A DNA stretch of 32,000 nucleotides from assembly GCF_000341395.1 (NCBI RefSeq), contig NC_020304.1:1560001-1592000 (forward strand). Direction: 5' to 3'. Below are positions 31,001 through 32,000 of this stretch, in pieces. Numbering within the stretch: the first letter of the stretch is position 1; every line of letters starts with the position of its first letter. Origin of the DNA: Desulfocapsa sulfexigens DSM 10523 (GTDB lineage: Bacteria; Desulfobacterota; Desulfobulbia; Desulfobulbales; Desulfocapsaceae). The notes under the pieces are model-generated. The model did not search any database. It was not told the DNA's origin and saw nothing but the letters and a program-made list of their open reading frames with translations. The translations under genes were made by a program, and so were the position numbers.

Positions 31001-31306
31001 CGGCGCATGCAGATTCAGGAGTTGAAGATTGACCGTTCATTTATCAATGCGTTATCAGAAGACACAACTCTGGTAAACGCCATCCTCGGTATGGCCCGAG
31101 GTCTTGGGTTGAGGATTGTGGCGGAAGGTGTGGAAACCGAGGAACAGAAAAGTTTTCTAAGAGCTCATAACTGCGAATTCATGCAAGGATACCTGCTGAG
31201 TCGTCCACTTCCGGCTGAACAATTTGAGGCCTTTATCCTTTCCCTTGGGGCTGCGACAACCGACAACCCGCAACAACTTAAAAAAAACGTTAAAATTAGC
31301 AGATGA
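28022..31306 (+). CDS. dCache-HAMP-PAS-PAS-GGDEF-EAL signalling protein
   Basis: 1094 aa; extracytoplasmic Cache-like region, two PAS, GGDEF (VRMGGDEFVIVP) and EAL (ECFEALLRWQP; ELTESIMMDN; IDDFGTGYSSLNYLRR) both with intact signature residues. Confidence 0.95.
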   Translation: MPIKNKQIMAESTPIQKCKEKKIPERSLRLLMGRLKIDQNRYGIKKKLIFVICLFLTVLLGLIALFTSYYFRQATRTLLLEQQTLLVSTMAHELDEYITSTQDVLVQFSKKFSPTVFADPQADRNFLENHDLQKKLFSYGLFLLDDQGTPVFFNGKISYVAGPEFFSDIFSATRKSNKPCIFMPKLCPVTQHPIVIMTALFYDKNGKVKGVVGGVIDLLGEQNVFSNLLTMKIGKTGYPYLFAPDRTMILHPVASRIMKKDVEPGKNILFDRALTGFEGAGETVNSRGLHTFVAFKHLESTGWILAINYPVADAFSSIRSYFVYFLVGMITILLLSTLLALRIADKIIKPLLELTAQAEKISRITQHSTLTTDLTLFQQYSGEIGTLATAFNTMLQQLQQRMSEFELNLQVVFDHTDKGIIIHDQEGRILAANLPAQHLFDCDESTMSSLTVLDLSAESVDKHAALSQIIQRIQDGETLILPWRCQRLADRSKFDAEIYYTPIIWNNEPVLMGMIEDITEKKEQNALIHRLSTALEQSANVIVITDRDGVIEYVNPSMEEITGYSVAEVIGKTPRILKSGTHPPEFYEELWATIKAGKSWRGEICNKHKDGHFIWESTVITPIIENQKITHFVAIKEDISQRKIHEQELYRQANYDKLTGLPNRNLLNTYFNDIMADFTTGSEKLVLMLMDLDDFKTVNDSLGHSVGDSLLQAVGERLKDCIYQEDMLVRMGGDEFVIVPRHICTNDHIEAMASHVLDSFIAPFDLQEQEVFITASIGIAVFPEDGETLEELLRNVDSAMYQSKNKGRNTVERYSGRLSEALNEKLRLTAMLRRALEQKEYLLYYQPQQELATGKVECFEALLRWQPQSEAMIFPDKFIPILEETGMIVSVGEWVLREVCFQVTCWQTKGIAIQHASVNVSLRQFQRPDIVKELLSIVTESGVDPSIICLELTESIMMDNFRENLHKLQALRTAGFSVSIDDFGTGYSSLNYLRRMQIQELKIDRSFINALSEDTTLVNAILGMARGLGLRIVAEGVETEEQKSFLRAHNCEFMQGYLLSRPLPAEQFEAFILSLGAATTDNPQQLKKNVKISR

Positions 31307-31454
31307 GCGCATGTACCAAGATAAGGCGTCACGAAAAGCAGGCAAAATGGTGTTATGAGTCGGCCAAGGCTTTTACCAAAGGAAAATACATCCTGTGCCT
31401 TCTCCAGTCCACGACCTTTGGTGAATCGGGAAAAATGTCTTTGTAAGAATTTGG

Positions 31455-32000
31455 ATGATGGCTGGTAAAACGAACATAGCGTTTTCGGTGCTCTTCTTTG
31501 TTGTCCTTTTTGGGGGCACCGAGGCTGTCCAGCAGGTTGAAGCCCATCCTTTGGGCGGAGTGCTACAAAAAACCGTGCTCTCTGATCTCACTAACGCCGT
31601 TCTGATAGAATACAACACCCATATTGGATCGGAAGTGGTATTGACTTTGCATCCAGACAAAAATTTTGACGGGGCCCTGGACGAGAAAGAAACGGCTCAA
31701 TTCCTCGATCGTGTCAATTATCTTCTTCTTGGAAATATTACCTGTCGGGTGGGAAAGAGAGAACTTGCGCTCCAGGAGATGAACAGACAGCTAACCCTCG
31801 AAGATCCTGCAGATTTTAAAAACGGTCTGAACGTTCAATTTACCTGGCGTGTTTCGTTGATGGAAGACGGCAAGTTACCCAAGGGCCTTTTCAGCATTAA
31901 AGACAACAACTTCAGGGCGGGCGAGTTGAACCGACTCAATTACTTTGTGACTGTCCTGGGTGATAGCGGCCAAACGACCCTTGCCGATGAGGGACGGGAA
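31455..32000 (+). CDS. Secreted/membrane protein, partial at window edge; EF-hand-like motif, possibly related to HupE/UreJ-type proteins with an AHPL N-terminus
   Basis: Open frame MMAGKTNIAFSVLFFVVLFGGTEAVQQVEAHPLGGVLQKTVLSDLTNAVLIEYNTHIGSEVVLTLHPDKNFDGALDEKETAQFLDRVNYLL... continues to the window end; signal peptide then DKNFDGALDEKE. Not in the supplied ORF track. Confidence 0.6.
   Translation, partial: MMAGKTNIAFSVLFFVVLFGGTEAVQQVEAHPLGGVLQKTVLSDLTNAVLIEYNTHIGSEVVLTLHPDKNFDGALDEKETAQFLDRVNYLLLGNITCRVGKRELALQEMNRQLTLEDPADFKNGLNVQFTWRVSLMEDGKLPKGLFSIKDNNFRAGELNRLNYFVTVLGDSGQTTLADEGRE

Overview
This window looks like a chromosome segment of a Desulfobulbales-like deltaproteobacterium; that assignment is inferred from protein style only. 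Left part: AI-2E family permease, ilvE-type aminotransferase, groES-groEL, and tRNA-Met(CAT) between two strong hairpins. Middle part (about 5-10.5 kb): a class III adenylate cyclase-FHA gene flanked by decayed gene pieces, nitroreductase, DUF2905, a type II toxin-antitoxin pair whose toxin has lost its N-terminus, and a pseudouridine synthase that appears split into two ORFs in reversed domain order. Next comes a lipid A modification-like locus: divergent two-component system, phosphoethanolamine transferase and PAP2 phosphatase. The right half (about 16-31 kb) is a dense run of signal transduction genes: c-heme-type DUF3365 sensor, RsbRD_N-like PAS-GGDEF, hybrid histidine kinase, PAS-LuxR regulator, MCP with CZB domain, truncated MCP, bacteriohemerythrin, and a Cache-PAS-GGDEF-EAL protein. 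No CRISPR array, complete transposon, prophage or clearly new defence system could be supported. The most interesting observations are the reordered split of the RluA-type protein, the toxin-antitoxin remnant missed by the ORF track, a possible MCP-hemerythrin fusion broken by frameshift, an uncatalogued C-terminal gene fragment next to tRNA-Met, and an imperfect copy of the tRNA 3' end 2 kb downstream.
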